This document shows, in pieces, positions 10,076-19,749 of a stretch of DNA of 64,000 nucleotides (within the stretch, counting starts at the first letter, position 1; every line of letters begins with the position of its first letter). Both the position numbers and the translations under genes were made by a program. The DNA is from Candidatus Omnitrophota bacterium (GTDB lineage: Bacteria > Omnitrophota > Gorgyraeia > Duberdicusellales > Duberdicusellaceae). The notes under the pieces were generated by a model that was given only the letters and a program-made list of their open reading frames with translations, was not told the origin of the DNA and did no database searches. The stretch spans positions 2,813 to 66,812 of the forward strand of contig JAFGCB010000024.1 in the NCBI GenBank assembly GCA_016932855.1. The letters are read 5' to 3'.

Positions 10076-10929
10076 AAGTACCCTTCGATTTTTAAAGGCA
10101 GGGTTTTTCCCTCTGTATTCCGGATTGATACCTTGGCTTTTCGGGAGTTTTTAATAAAGCCGATATAAAAAAAACCTTTTTTTTCAAGGGTGCCACGATT
10201 TTTTAGCGGGCTCGTAAAAAGGAGTTCATAGTCCTCTCCGTCATAGAGGGCATTTTCTATTTTAGCCCCGGGATTTAAAGGTATGTGGTCTTTGAATAAG
10301 ACAGCTTGTTTCTTGCTCTCAGAAAGAATTCTGTAAAGATCAAGAACCAGGCCGTCGGAAATATCTATCATGGAGTTTATCTTAAAATTCCTGGTTAAAA
10401 ATTGCGCTTCTTTTATTTTCGGCCTGAACCTTACTTTGCCATTTAGAGAACATCCCAGTTTTCCGCTCGTGAATATCCCGTCCGCGTCTTTAGCGCCGCT
10501 TCGGGTTGTTATTCTATTTTTTTCGGCATAACCCAAGCACCAGACATCCAAAAAGATTTTTCTTGCCCTGCTCATATCTCCTCCGACTATGCTGAGTTTA
10601 AACTTTTCGGAGATTTCCCTGATTCCTTTTAGAATCGAAAGAGCTTTTTTTGAATATTTTCGGGGTAAAGCCAGAGATACGCCTATATATTTGGGTCTGC
10701 CGGCCATTGCCGCGACATCACTTAGGGTTCTTGCCACAGCGCGATATCCTATATCTTCGAATTTGCATTTCTTTATGGTAAAATGCACGTCTTCGATAAA
10801 CATATCCCCGCAAAAAAGTAAATATTTCTTGCCGGATTTAATAACCGCGGCATCATCCCCCGGTCCTATGTAGACGGATTTATCCTGTCGTAACTTCTTG
10901 AATTTCTGAATTAGCTTAAGCTCTTCCAT
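10066..10929 (-). CDS. thiL: Thiamine-monophosphate kinase
   Basis: GPGDDAA, EDVHF, SDVAAMAG, IDISDGL, GEDYELLFT. Confidence 0.95.
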   Translation of the reverse strand: MEELKLIQKFKKLRQDKSVYIGPGDDAAVIKSGKKYLLFCGDMFIEDVHFTIKKCKFEDIGYRAVARTLSDVAAMAGRPKYIGVSLALPRKYSKKALSILKGIREISEKFKLSIVGGDMSRARKIFLDVWCLGYAEKNRITTRSGAKDADGIFTSGKLGCSLNGKVRFRPKIKEAQFLTRNFKINSMIDISDGLVLDLYRILSESKKQAVLFKDHIPLNPGAKIENALYDGEDYELLFTSPLKNRGTLEKKGFFYIGFIKNSRKAKVSIRNTEGKTLPLKIEGYFCL

Positions 10930-10966
10930 CTTTTACAAATTTACCTATTAATCACAAATCACTAAC

Positions 10967-11012
10967 CGCTATCGCTATACGCTATACGCTATACGCTATA
11001 CGCTATACGCTA
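10967..11012. repeat. 7-bp tandem repeat (CGCTATA) x5 plus partial units
   Basis: Read directly: five perfect units at 10973-11007. Confidence 0.9.
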
Positions 11013-11013
11013 C

Positions 11014-12051
11014 TCAACCTATAACCTTCTTTATATTTTTTCCATAGGGCGGTCGTATTATCCCTTTTTCGGTTATTATCGCAGTTATAAGCTGGGGAGG
11101 TGTTATGTCGAAGGCAGGATTATAGGCTTTCACTTTCTTGGGGGCAATAGCTTTTCCGAAAACGCTTTTTATTTCCTGGGGGCTTCTTTCCTCGATAGGT
11201 ATACTCCGCCAGCTTCGCAGGTTAAGGTCAAATGTCGATGACGGCGCGGCTACATAGAAAGGTATCTTATGGTATTTGCACAGGACCGCGAGACTATATG
11301 TGCCGATTTTATTGGCAGCGGCTCCGTCTTTGGTTATTCTGTCGGCACCCACAATGGTTTTATCTATTTGTCCGGCCTTGATAAGCGCGGCTGCCGCATT
11401 ATCGCAGATTAAGGTAGTATCTATTTTTCGCGAGGTTAATTCCCAGGCTGTAAGCCTGGCCCCTTGCAAAAGCGGCCGGGTTTCATCAGCAAAGACTTTT
11501 ATCCCCGGATATCGTTTATGGGCCCGATAGATTATGGCTAGAGCCGTTCCTTGGCCGGAGGTCGCTAAGAAGCCGGCATTGCAGTGGGTAAGAATAGCAT
11601 CTTTTGGTTTTATGAGCTTGGCTCCGAAAGCAGCGATTCCCTGACAAAGCTTTATATCTTCATTGTGGATTGCCCGGGATTCATTTTTGATTACAGTTTT
11701 GATGGTTTTGATGCTTCTATTTTTGTTAGCAATTATTTTATTTTGAATTCTATCCAGAGCCCAAAACAGATTAACCGCCGTGGGCCGGCTTATTTTTAAG
11801 TGCTGGATGTTGTTAAAGACTGTTTTTAAAAAAGCTTTTTTTGATTTTGTTTTTATATTCTTTATTGAAACGTATACGCTGTAGCCGGCAAATACGCCTA
11901 TTAACGGCGCGCCCCGGACCTTAAGCCGCTTTATAGCCGTAAAGGCGTCTTTTATGGTTTTAATCTCAAGGTAGCTTACTTTTAAAGGTAATTTAGTCTG
12001 ATCGATTATTGTCAGCTTTGAATTTTTGAAGGACAAGGAAAAATGCTTCAT
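11014..12051 (-). CDS. mtnA: S-methyl-5-thioribose-1-phosphate isomerase
   Basis: VRGAPLIG, RPTAVNL, THCNAG, ETRPLLQGARLTAWEL, NKIGTY. Confidence 0.96.
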   Translation of the reverse strand: MKHFSLSFKNSKLTIIDQTKLPLKVSYLEIKTIKDAFTAIKRLKVRGAPLIGVFAGYSVYVSIKNIKTKSKKAFLKTVFNNIQHLKISRPTAVNLFWALDRIQNKIIANKNRSIKTIKTVIKNESRAIHNEDIKLCQGIAAFGAKLIKPKDAILTHCNAGFLATSGQGTALAIIYRAHKRYPGIKVFADETRPLLQGARLTAWELTSRKIDTTLICDNAAAALIKAGQIDKTIVGADRITKDGAAANKIGTYSLAVLCKYHKIPFYVAAPSSTFDLNLRSWRSIPIEERSPQEIKSVFGKAIAPKKVKAYNPAFDITPPQLITAIITEKGIIRPPYGKNIKKVIG

Positions 12052-12071
12052 TTAGCCCCTTTCATGTTAAA

Positions 12072-13217
12072 TCAGCTTAAGGTTTCTTTTGTTTTCGGCT
12101 TAGCCCCCAGGATGCTCTTCAATAACTTATACAACAGACTGTACTCTACGTCAACCGCGGCGTAGGGGCATACTTCCCGGCAGCAGAGGCATTTTATGCA
12201 CCGGGAATAATCGATTTCAACTTGTTTTTTTTGATTTATTTTGATGGCGGCAACAGGGCAGGTTTCAATGCACTTTTTACAGATTTTGCAAACTGACGTA
12301 TTGATTACGGGCTTAAGACTAAGAAGCGTTCCGGCGAGCTTAAGAACCGGTCTGGGGATTGTTGCGAGAATCGTCGGTGGTGCAAAAATAAAATCATTTA
12401 TTTTGAATTTTTGCCAGTCTTCGGGTTCGATTTGGATCTGCGAAGGGTCAAAAAGATGTTGCGTAAGGCCCAGCCGAATGTAGGGAATTTTTTCAGGGTC
12501 TATTTTTATAAGTTTGCATAAAACCCAATCTAAAGCCCAGGCAGAGTCGGAAAATACTATTAATCCTCGCTTTTTTGGCGTACCTTTTTTAGCAGGGCCT
12601 TCTCCTTCCAGGGATACTATCGCATCAAGTATATTTATTTGAGGTTTAAACATTTTAAAGATATCGACCAGTATGCGGGCAAAATCATCCGGCTTAGGGA
12701 AATCTTTATGCAGCGAGCTTTTTTTCATTCCCTGGACAAACCCGTAGGTGTTTTTTACGGCCGCGGTTATAAGCATTAAGTCGTGGGTCTTCAGTTTAGG
12801 CAAGTTAATGACAGCATCAAATCCTTTTGTCCACCATGAGAACGGGATTTGATTCTTTGCATAGGGAGGTTTATCATTGGAAAGAAGGGTCAGGGTCTCG
12901 GGGAATTTATCAAGGCCGAGGGTTGTGTAAATTTCTGAAACTGAAGTTACGGATGTGAAGCCGCCCGGGTTATCAGCCAGAAAAACTTTTGTTCCTTTAT
13001 CTTTTAGGGCATGAGCCAAAGCCAGGATGAAGTTTGGATGAGTGGTTATTGCTTCGTGGGGTTCCGCATTCATTAAAAGATTTGGTTTAATGAGGACGCG
13101 TTTTTTATCCTGAAAATAATTTTCGCCAAAAACGTTATCTAATCTCTCTCTTATCAGGTGGTATAATTTTTCCTTATCGTAGTCGTAATTATCGGTTTTG
13201 CTTATAAAGACCTTCAT
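12072..13217 (-). CDS. DUF362 domain protein with C-terminal 2x[4Fe-4S] ferredoxin
   Basis: LIKPNL, TTHP, NLPKLKTH; two CxxCxxCxxxCP motifs. Confidence 0.88.
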   Translation of the reverse strand: MKVFISKTDNYDYDKEKLYHLIRERLDNVFGENYFQDKKRVLIKPNLLMNAEPHEAITTHPNFILALAHALKDKGTKVFLADNPGGFTSVTSVSEIYTTLGLDKFPETLTLLSNDKPPYAKNQIPFSWWTKGFDAVINLPKLKTHDLMLITAAVKNTYGFVQGMKKSSLHKDFPKPDDFARILVDIFKMFKPQINILDAIVSLEGEGPAKKGTPKKRGLIVFSDSAWALDWVLCKLIKIDPEKIPYIRLGLTQHLFDPSQIQIEPEDWQKFKINDFIFAPPTILATIPRPVLKLAGTLLSLKPVINTSVCKICKKCIETCPVAAIKINQKKQVEIDYSRCIKCLCCREVCPYAAVDVEYSLLYKLLKSILGAKPKTKETLS

Positions 13218-13969
13218 ATATTAAATATTCTTTTCGCGTTTTCAAGAATTATTTCCTTCATGGCATTTGGGTCTTTATTTTTTATTCTGGCAATTTCCAT
13301 AAGGCCCTCTTTGACATATAAAGGATTATTCCTTTTGCCTCGAATCGCCTGGGGCGCGAGATACGGTGAATCGGTCTCGGTTAAAATAAGTTCTTCAGGC
13401 GCAAGCTTTATTGCCTCTCTTAGTATATCAGCTTTTTTAAAAGTGATGTTTGTCGCGAACGAGGCGAAATAGCCGCAGGAGGCGACTTCTTTTATGAATT
13501 CTTTGTCCTGGGAAAAGCAGTGGAATACAACTTTTTTTAATCCTTTTTCTTTGAGCATTTTAAGGATTGTTTCTTTAAAGCCCCGGTTATGAATAAAAAG
13601 AGGCAAGTTGTATTCTTTTGCCAGGTCCATAAATTCGGAAAACACCTCTTTCTGCTTTTCGATGGCTACAGTTGATTTGGTATCCAGCCCTACTTCGCCG
13701 ATAGCGACAATCCGTTTATTATTTTCAATGAAGCGGCTGTATTCCTGTATTACCCCGGGATTAAAATCCTGCGCGTAATAGGGGTGGAATCCTAAGCTGA
13801 ATTTAATTAAATTGCAGCCGGAAAAAAGCTTGATGGCATTTCTTGCGTTTTCAAGGTTTACCGCGCTTTCTATTGCAGCGTAAAGACTATTTTCTAAACT
13901 TTTAAGAACTTTGTCCAAATCATTAGAAAAGTCAGGGAAGGACAAGTGGCAGTGGCAGTCAATCAGCAT
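13214..13969 (-). CDS. tatD: TatD family hydrolase
   Basis: IDCHCHL, GFHP, AIGEVGLD, ETDSPYLAP. Confidence 0.93.
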   Translation of the reverse strand: MLIDCHCHLSFPDFSNDLDKVLKSLENSLYAAIESAVNLENARNAIKLFSGCNLIKFSLGFHPYYAQDFNPGVIQEYSRFIENNKRIVAIGEVGLDTKSTVAIEKQKEVFSEFMDLAKEYNLPLFIHNRGFKETILKMLKEKGLKKVVFHCFSQDKEFIKEVASCGYFASFATNITFKKADILREAIKLAPEELILTETDSPYLAPQAIRGKRNNPLYVKEGLMEIARIKNKDPNAMKEIILENAKRIFNI

Positions 13970-14031
13970 TTTAATTCTTAATAAAATATGTCACAAGGAT
14001 ACAAAGTCACAAGGTCACATGCGGCTTGTAA

Positions 14032-15573
14032 TCAGGTTTCGATTCTGGGGAATAAAGGTTCGCCCTTTTTGGTTGCCAGGCCCGAAGGTAAACTCCCCCA
14101 TTCTATTTCTTTCTGAAAATCCGCTTTATCCAGGGGTTTATCAAGGCCGAGCTGGTTATAGATTTTCTGGCAAGTTTCCGGGATAAACGGGTAGAGATAG
14201 ATGCTTATTATACGCAGCGATTCCATTAAGAAGTATATAAAGTTTTCAAGCTCTTTAATCTTTTTTTCTTTCGCTAAAGACCAGGGTTTCTTTTCTTCTA
14301 CTGATTTATTGGCAATTCTTACCAGCTCCCAGATATTTTCCAGGCTTAAGTAGAAATTTATATCCTTCATTGACTTAAGATATTTTTCAGGAAGCTCGTC
14401 TATCACTTTTTTGTATTCAGCCGGCATTTCTTTGCCGGCTTCGGGAATACGTCCCATGAAATATTTTTCAACCATATTTAGGCTTCGAAAGACAAGGTTT
14501 CCTAAATCATTAGCCAGATCGCTGTTTACTCTCTGGATCATTGCCTTGTAGGAGAATTTCCCGTCTAAGCCAAAAGGCACTTCCCGTAAAAGAAAGAAGC
14601 GGAAACAGTCCTTTCCGAATTCTTCGACTATATCCAGGGGCGATACTACATTTCCTTTCGACTTGGACATCTTTTCGCTGCCGCTATCTTTTTCTACCAG
14701 CCACCAGCCATGGGCAAATACGCATTTAGGCGGCGGAAGTTCCAGAGCTTTAAGCATTATCGGCCAGTAAATCGCGTGTTGACGCAGGATATCTTTTCCT
14801 ATGAAGTGAAAATCCGCCGGCCAGAGCCTTTCGAATTTCGCCTTATCGGAAAAACATCCTGCCGCACTTATATAATTTAGAAGGGCGTCAAACCAGACAT
14901 AGGTTACATAATCAGGGTCAAATGCGAATTCGATTCCCCATTCGAGGCGCTCTTTGGGGCGCGAAATGCATAAGTCGTTGAGCTTATTACCTTTAAGGAA
15001 GCTTAAAACTTCGTTATAACGTTCTGTAGGCTTTATGAAATCTTTATTTTTTTCAATGTGGCTGATAAGCCAGTCCTGGTATTTGGAGAGTTTGAAGAAA
15101 TAATTCTTTTCTTTGATAAATTCAACATCTCTCTTGCAGTCAGGGCATTTATTATCGGCGGCTTGAGTTTCGGTCCAGAACGATTCACAGGGCACGCAGT
15201 AAAAACCTTCATAGACCGATTCATAGACATCTTTTTTTTCATAGAGATCTTTGATTACTTTCTGGACTACTTTTTTATGCCGGGGTTCGGTTGTGCGTAT
15301 AAAATCATCAGTTCTTACATTAAGGGTCTGCCACAAAATCTTAAAATTATCAGATGTTTTATCCACAAAATCCTGGGGTGATAAATTTTGTTCTTCAGCC
15401 GCCCGTTTAATTTTTTGTCCGTGTTCATCGGTCCCGGTTAAAAAGAAAACCTCGTCGCCCAGGAGTCTATGAAACCTTGCCTGGACATCACCGGCTATAT
15501 TAGTGTAGGCGTGGCCGATGTGGGGTGAAGAGTTGACATAATATAAAGGCGTGCTTAAATAGAATTTTTTCAT
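14032..15573 (-). CDS. metG: Methionine--tRNA ligase
   Basis: PHIGH, GTDEHG, zinc knuckle, KMSKS. Confidence 0.97.
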   Translation of the reverse strand: MKKFYLSTPLYYVNSSPHIGHAYTNIAGDVQARFHRLLGDEVFFLTGTDEHGQKIKRAAEEQNLSPQDFVDKTSDNFKILWQTLNVRTDDFIRTTEPRHKKVVQKVIKDLYEKKDVYESVYEGFYCVPCESFWTETQAADNKCPDCKRDVEFIKEKNYFFKLSKYQDWLISHIEKNKDFIKPTERYNEVLSFLKGNKLNDLCISRPKERLEWGIEFAFDPDYVTYVWFDALLNYISAAGCFSDKAKFERLWPADFHFIGKDILRQHAIYWPIMLKALELPPPKCVFAHGWWLVEKDSGSEKMSKSKGNVVSPLDIVEEFGKDCFRFFLLREVPFGLDGKFSYKAMIQRVNSDLANDLGNLVFRSLNMVEKYFMGRIPEAGKEMPAEYKKVIDELPEKYLKSMKDINFYLSLENIWELVRIANKSVEEKKPWSLAKEKKIKELENFIYFLMESLRIISIYLYPFIPETCQKIYNQLGLDKPLDKADFQKEIEWGSLPSGLATKKGEPLFPRIET

Positions 15574-15575
15574 CT

Positions 15576-16412
15576 TTAAGGTTTTTGGTGGCCTTTGGGT
15601 TTATCAACCGGCAACTTTTCACATTGCATATCTTTATCGTAAGCTAATCTTTCGCGGCTTCCTCCTTCGAATTCCAAGACAACTTCTCGCTTAAGAGGAT
15701 TGACTTCCAGGACCCGGGCTTTTCCTTTTGGGGTATTTAAGGTTTGGCCTTCTTTGGGCAGTTTTTTCCGCAGTTCCTTATAGACTTTGTGCTCATAGCT
15801 TAGACAGCACATAAGTCTTCCGCATATTCCGGATATCTTTGTGGGGTTAAGGGGCAGGTTTTGTTCTTTGGCCATTTTTATCGTAACCGGTTCGAAGTTT
15901 CTTAAGAAAGACGTACAGCATAGGGCTCTTCCGCACGGCCCTATCCCCCCGAAAAGGCGGGTTTCATCCCGTACGCCCATTTGGCGCATCTCAATCCGGG
16001 TCTTGAATATCTTGGCTAGGTCCTTTACCAGGTCACGGAAGTCAATTCTTCCTTCAGCGGTAAAATAGAAAATAATCTTGGACTTATCGAAGGAATATTC
16101 CGCGTCAATAAGTTTCATGTTAAGGTTATGTTCGCTTATATTCTTTTCACAGGTCTTTATTGCTTTTTTTGCTTTGCTGTTGTTTTCTTTTACCTGCTTA
16201 AGGTCGTCCATGTGCATTATCCGGACTATATTCTTTACCGAATTCTTTGTTTCTTCCGCGATTTCTTCGGGTTCGGATATCACTTGACCGTAGTCTTGTC
16301 CGCGTTCGGCTTCGACTATGACGTAGTCGCCGATTTTCACTTCCAGGTCACCGTAGGCAAAAAGGTTTGTAAGCCCCACCTCTCTTAATCTTACTGCTAC
16401 TGTTTTATTCAT
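15576..16412 (-). CDS. PSP1/stage 0 sporulation family protein (RicT/YaaT-like)
   Basis: RIDFRDLVKDLA, GPCGRALCC, KISGICGRLMCCL. Confidence 0.92.
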   Translation of the reverse strand: MNKTVAVRLREVGLTNLFAYGDLEVKIGDYVIVEAERGQDYGQVISEPEEIAEETKNSVKNIVRIMHMDDLKQVKENNSKAKKAIKTCEKNISEHNLNMKLIDAEYSFDKSKIIFYFTAEGRIDFRDLVKDLAKIFKTRIEMRQMGVRDETRLFGGIGPCGRALCCTSFLRNFEPVTIKMAKEQNLPLNPTKISGICGRLMCCLSYEHKVYKELRKKLPKEGQTLNTPKGKARVLEVNPLKREVVLEFEGGSRERLAYDKDMQCEKLPVDKPKGHQKP

Positions 16413-16425
16413 CTCTTACTCCTTT

Positions 16426-16551
16426 AAACGCTGATTTTCGCTAATCAAGACACTAATTTTCGCTAATTAGAACGCGTACGCTAATACTATCTTGCTTTGT
16501 TAATCTTAATTCGCGGAAATTAGTCTTCAATTCGCGTAAATTAGCGTCTTT
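16426..16551. mobile_element. Empty MITE/REPIN-like element of repeat family A (two inverted degenerate arms, no gene)
   Basis: Left arm cgctgattttcgctaat...ctaattttcgctaat; right arm attcgcggaaattag...attcgcgtaaattagcgtc in inverted orientation. Confidence 0.6.
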
Positions 16552-16556
16552 AAGCT

Positions 16557-17474
16557 TTACGCTAGTATATCCCTAATAAGGTTATTTGCCAGGTTTAAAT
16601 TGATATTGTCCAAGGTTTCGTTTATTGCGAATAAACGTTCGACTTTATCGGCAAGTTCATCCAGGCTAAAGCGCTTCTGGTAATTTTCGATTTTTTGGTC
16701 GAAGTCCGAATTCATTACCTCGTTTTCTTCACCGACTTTTGTCAATAAGCAGTCCCGCAGAAACGAAAGCAAAAGCTGGGTCGTCTCTTTAAGGGATTTA
16801 CGGTCTGTTTCGTATACATTGAACTGTAAAGTCGAATCAGCGAAAATTTTCTGCCGTTTCAGTAAATAGCTTTTTGATGTCAATTTATTTATTGAGTTTA
16901 AGCGGCCTTCGGAGAATTTAAGCAAAAAGTCAATATTTTCGGCTGAAGCGTATTTACTTAAAACATATTTTTTCGATTCGTCGATTTTAAGGCAAAACCA
17001 TATTTTTTGAGTTCTCGAGCGTATAGTCGCAAGAAGGTTTTCCGGCTTTGAGCTTATCAGGAAAAAAACTACATTGGCCGGCGGCTCTTCCAGGGTTTTG
17101 AGGAAGGCGTTGCTGGCGTCAGGGGTCAGTTTATCCGCCTCGTCGATAATTATCACTTTGTAAGTAGCGGAGAAATTCTTCAAGCAGACCTTTTGTTGTA
17201 TTTCCCGGATATCCTGAATGCCGATTGAGTTCTTGGGTTTCACTTCAATTACGTCAGGATGAATTTTTGCCTGGATATTCCGGCAGGTCTGACAGGTAAG
17301 ACAAGGCCTATCTTCTTGAGGGCAATTAAGAAGACTTACAATATACCAGGCTGTCTTTTTTTTGCCGATGCCGTCCTTTCCGGTGAAAAGATAGGCGTGC
17401 CCTATCCGTTTATTTTTTTGAATAAGTTTAAAATAATCAATTACGTTCTTATGACCGATAATTTCTACTGACAT
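16557..17474 (-). CDS. holB: DNA polymerase III subunit delta'
   Basis: HAYLFTG, zinc-binding Cys, HPD, NAFLKTLEEP, TIRSR; follows tmk. Confidence 0.93.
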   Translation of the reverse strand: MSVEIIGHKNVIDYFKLIQKNKRIGHAYLFTGKDGIGKKKTAWYIVSLLNCPQEDRPCLTCQTCRNIQAKIHPDVIEVKPKNSIGIQDIREIQQKVCLKNFSATYKVIIIDEADKLTPDASNAFLKTLEEPPANVVFFLISSKPENLLATIRSRTQKIWFCLKIDESKKYVLSKYASAENIDFLLKFSEGRLNSINKLTSKSYLLKRQKIFADSTLQFNVYETDRKSLKETTQLLLSFLRDCLLTKVGEENEVMNSDFDQKIENYQKRFSLDELADKVERLFAINETLDNINLNLANNLIRDILA

Positions 17475-18121
17475 ATTTTTTTGCGGCAGGGTTTTATTTT
17501 TAAGTTTACGACTTCTGCGATTTGTTTATGAGTGCGCGCTTTGTCGCCGTCTGCCTTTATGATTTTTATGCGTTTTGGCTCTTTTTTAGCTAAAACCCGG
17601 TAGCCTTTCCTTAAGGCTTCGTGGAATTTTAAGGGCCTGCGTTCAATACGGTCTTTTTTCCGCTTTATCCTAAGAAGAGCTTTCTTTGGGGCAACATCCA
17701 GGACAAAGGTTAAATCCGGCTTTATGCCTTGGCAGGCTAATTTAACCACTGTTGATATTTTTTTTATCCCTAAGCCTAAGGCATACCCCTGATATACAAG
17801 GGTTGAGTCAGAAAACCTGTCGCAGATCACTACCTTGTATTTTTTTAAGGCCTTAAACAGTTCTTCTTTAACAAATTGAGCCCTGGCCGCGCAGTATAGA
17901 AAAAGCTCTGTTTCCGGGGCTATCCCCCTTTTAGAATAAAGAAGTACCTTTCGTATTTGTTCGCTTAACTTTGTTGAGCCGGGCTCCCGGAATCTTTTAA
18001 CGCTTAAGCCTCTTTTACGCAGAAGCTTTGCCAGGAACTTGATATGGGTGCTTTTACCGGTGCGTTCCCCTCCTTCAAAGGTTATAAACAAGGCTTTTCT
18101 CTTTAAAGTTTTCTTCGCCAT
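17465..18121 (-). CDS. tmk: Thymidylate kinase
   Basis: FITFEGGERTGKST, REPG, CDRFSDSTLVYQG. Confidence 0.96.
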   Translation of the reverse strand: MAKKTLKRKALFITFEGGERTGKSTHIKFLAKLLRKRGLSVKRFREPGSTKLSEQIRKVLLYSKRGIAPETELFLYCAARAQFVKEELFKALKKYKVVICDRFSDSTLVYQGYALGLGIKKISTVVKLACQGIKPDLTFVLDVAPKKALLRIKRKKDRIERRPLKFHEALRKGYRVLAKKEPKRIKIIKADGDKARTHKQIAEVVNLKIKPCRKKICQ

Positions 18122-19521
18122 TCGGTGCCGTCCTTTGTATCTTCCAGTATTACGCCCTTATTTTCAAGCTCTTTGCGGATCTTATCAGCTTCGGCGAATT
18201 TCTTTTCTTTTCGAAGTTTAAGGCGCAAGTTTATGAGTTCGCTTATTTTCTCGTTGTCCATCGAGCCGCTATCAATTTCAGGGAAAGTAAAACCGAACAC
18301 GTCGGTTATTACGGTCATTAAATTAACGATTTTACCGAGCTTTATTTCGCTTTGAGAATCTTCAGTTTCAAGAAGCTTATTGGTCATATTAACCAATTCG
18401 AATAAGACAGCCAGGGCTTTTGGGGTATTAAAATCGTCATCCATTGATTCCTGAAACTGAGCCCTGATTTCTTCTATGCCGCCGATTTTCGTTTCACATG
18501 CCGGAAGTGACATTTTTTTAAGTTTGTTTACCAAAAGATATATTCTTTCGTAAGCGCTTTTTGCCTCTTCCATCTTCTCCCAGGAAAAGTCAACCGGGCT
18601 TGAGTAATGAGCCTGCAGGTAAAAGATCTTAAGGATGTCCGCCGGGTATTTATTTATGACATCTTTAATTGTATAGAAATTACCCAAAGACTTTGCCATC
18701 TTTTGCCCGTTTATGGTCAAAAGGCCGTGATGTATCCAGAAATTAGCAAAAGGTTTTCCGGTTAAGGCCTCGGATTGAGCGATTTCATTTTCGTGATGAG
18801 GAAAGACAAGGTCGCGTCCGCCTCCGTGTATGTCCAGAGTATCGGTTTTTAGGTATTTCTGGCTCATGACCGAGCATTCGATATGCCAGCCGGGCCGGCC
18901 CTTTCCCCAAGGGCTTTGCCATGAAGGCTCGTTTTCTTTTGCGGCCTTCCAGAGGGCAAAATCAAGCGGGTCCTCTTTTAAGGGGTCTTCTTCGATTCTT
19001 ACCGAAGACAATAAATCATCGATTTTTTTGCCGGAAAGTTTTCCGTAATCCTTGAATTTCCTTACCGAGAAATAGACGTTTCCCTGTTTTTCGTAAGCAA
19101 TGTCTTTTGCGATTAGGCCCTGGGCGAATTTAATCATTTCAGGGATATTTTCCGTAGCTTTGGGCTCTATGTCGGCTTTGGGGATTTTTAAACTTTCCAG
19201 GTCCTGGTAGTAGCTGTCAATATAAGTCTTTCGGACTTCCTCAAAACCTTCTTCTAGTGAGATATTTTTATCTTTGCTCCACTGCCTGGCTTTATTTATG
19301 ATCTTGTCGTCAATGTCAGTTATATTTCGTATAAAATCAACCTTAAACCCCCTGTATTTTAGATATTTGCGTATTACCTCGAATATATAGAGTGAGCGGG
19401 CGTGTCCTATATGACAGTCGTCATATACCGTTACCCCGCAGGTATACATCTTTATTTCCTGGTTTTTTTGGGGCTTAAATTCCTGCTTTTTCCTGGTTAA
19501 AGTATTGTAGATCTTGATCAT
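18103..19521 (-). CDS. cysS: Cysteine--tRNA ligase
   Basis: CGVTVYD, HIGH, GRPGWHIEC, KMAKS. Confidence 0.98.
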   Translation of the reverse strand: MIKIYNTLTRKKQEFKPQKNQEIKMYTCGVTVYDDCHIGHARSLYIFEVIRKYLKYRGFKVDFIRNITDIDDKIINKARQWSKDKNISLEEGFEEVRKTYIDSYYQDLESLKIPKADIEPKATENIPEMIKFAQGLIAKDIAYEKQGNVYFSVRKFKDYGKLSGKKIDDLLSSVRIEEDPLKEDPLDFALWKAAKENEPSWQSPWGKGRPGWHIECSVMSQKYLKTDTLDIHGGGRDLVFPHHENEIAQSEALTGKPFANFWIHHGLLTINGQKMAKSLGNFYTIKDVINKYPADILKIFYLQAHYSSPVDFSWEKMEEAKSAYERIYLLVNKLKKMSLPACETKIGGIEEIRAQFQESMDDDFNTPKALAVLFELVNMTNKLLETEDSQSEIKLGKIVNLMTVITDVFGFTFPEIDSGSMDNEKISELINLRLKLRKEKKFAEADKIRKELENKGVILEDTKDGTEWRRKL

Positions 19522-19523
19522 AA

Positions 19524-19566
19524 GACGCTAATTTCCGCGGATTACAATGACAAATTTACACTAATT
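19524..19566. repeat. Solo arm of repeat family A
   Basis: gacgctaatttccgcggatt...aatttacactaat. Confidence 0.7.
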
Positions 19567-19599
19567 TTATTAGCCGTAATCCTTTTTAAGTTAACCCAG

Positions 19600-19628
19600 A
19601 TTATACCTTTTTTTTATCGGAGAATCAA
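19600..19628 (-). promoter_or_regulatory. Sigma70-type promoter for cysS (TTGATT-N17-TATAAT)
   Basis: Hexamers and spacer read from the sequence. Confidence 0.6.
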
Positions 19629-19659
19629 GGTCGTTATAATCGGCAAAAACCATCTAGCA

Positions 19660-19737
19660 CTATTCTCAAATTCTTAAGAATATTGGAATAGTTAAGGGTG
19701 AATAAAGTATTCCAATATTCTTAAGAACGTTGGAATA
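19660..19737. repeat. Two copies of a ~30-bp palindrome centred on TTCTTAAGAA
   Basis: ctattctcaaattcttaagaatattggaatag and tattccaatattcttaagaacgttggaata. Confidence 0.75.
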
Positions 19738-19749
19738 GCTAGGAATGGT

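Noticed and set aside
10967-11012. Possible CRISPR array
   Set aside because: 7-bp tandem units with no unique spacers; no cas genes in the window
19660-19737. Possible mini-CRISPR (two 30-bp palindromic repeats)
   Set aside because: Only two imperfect copies with a ~16-bp gap, too short for a spacer; no cas genes
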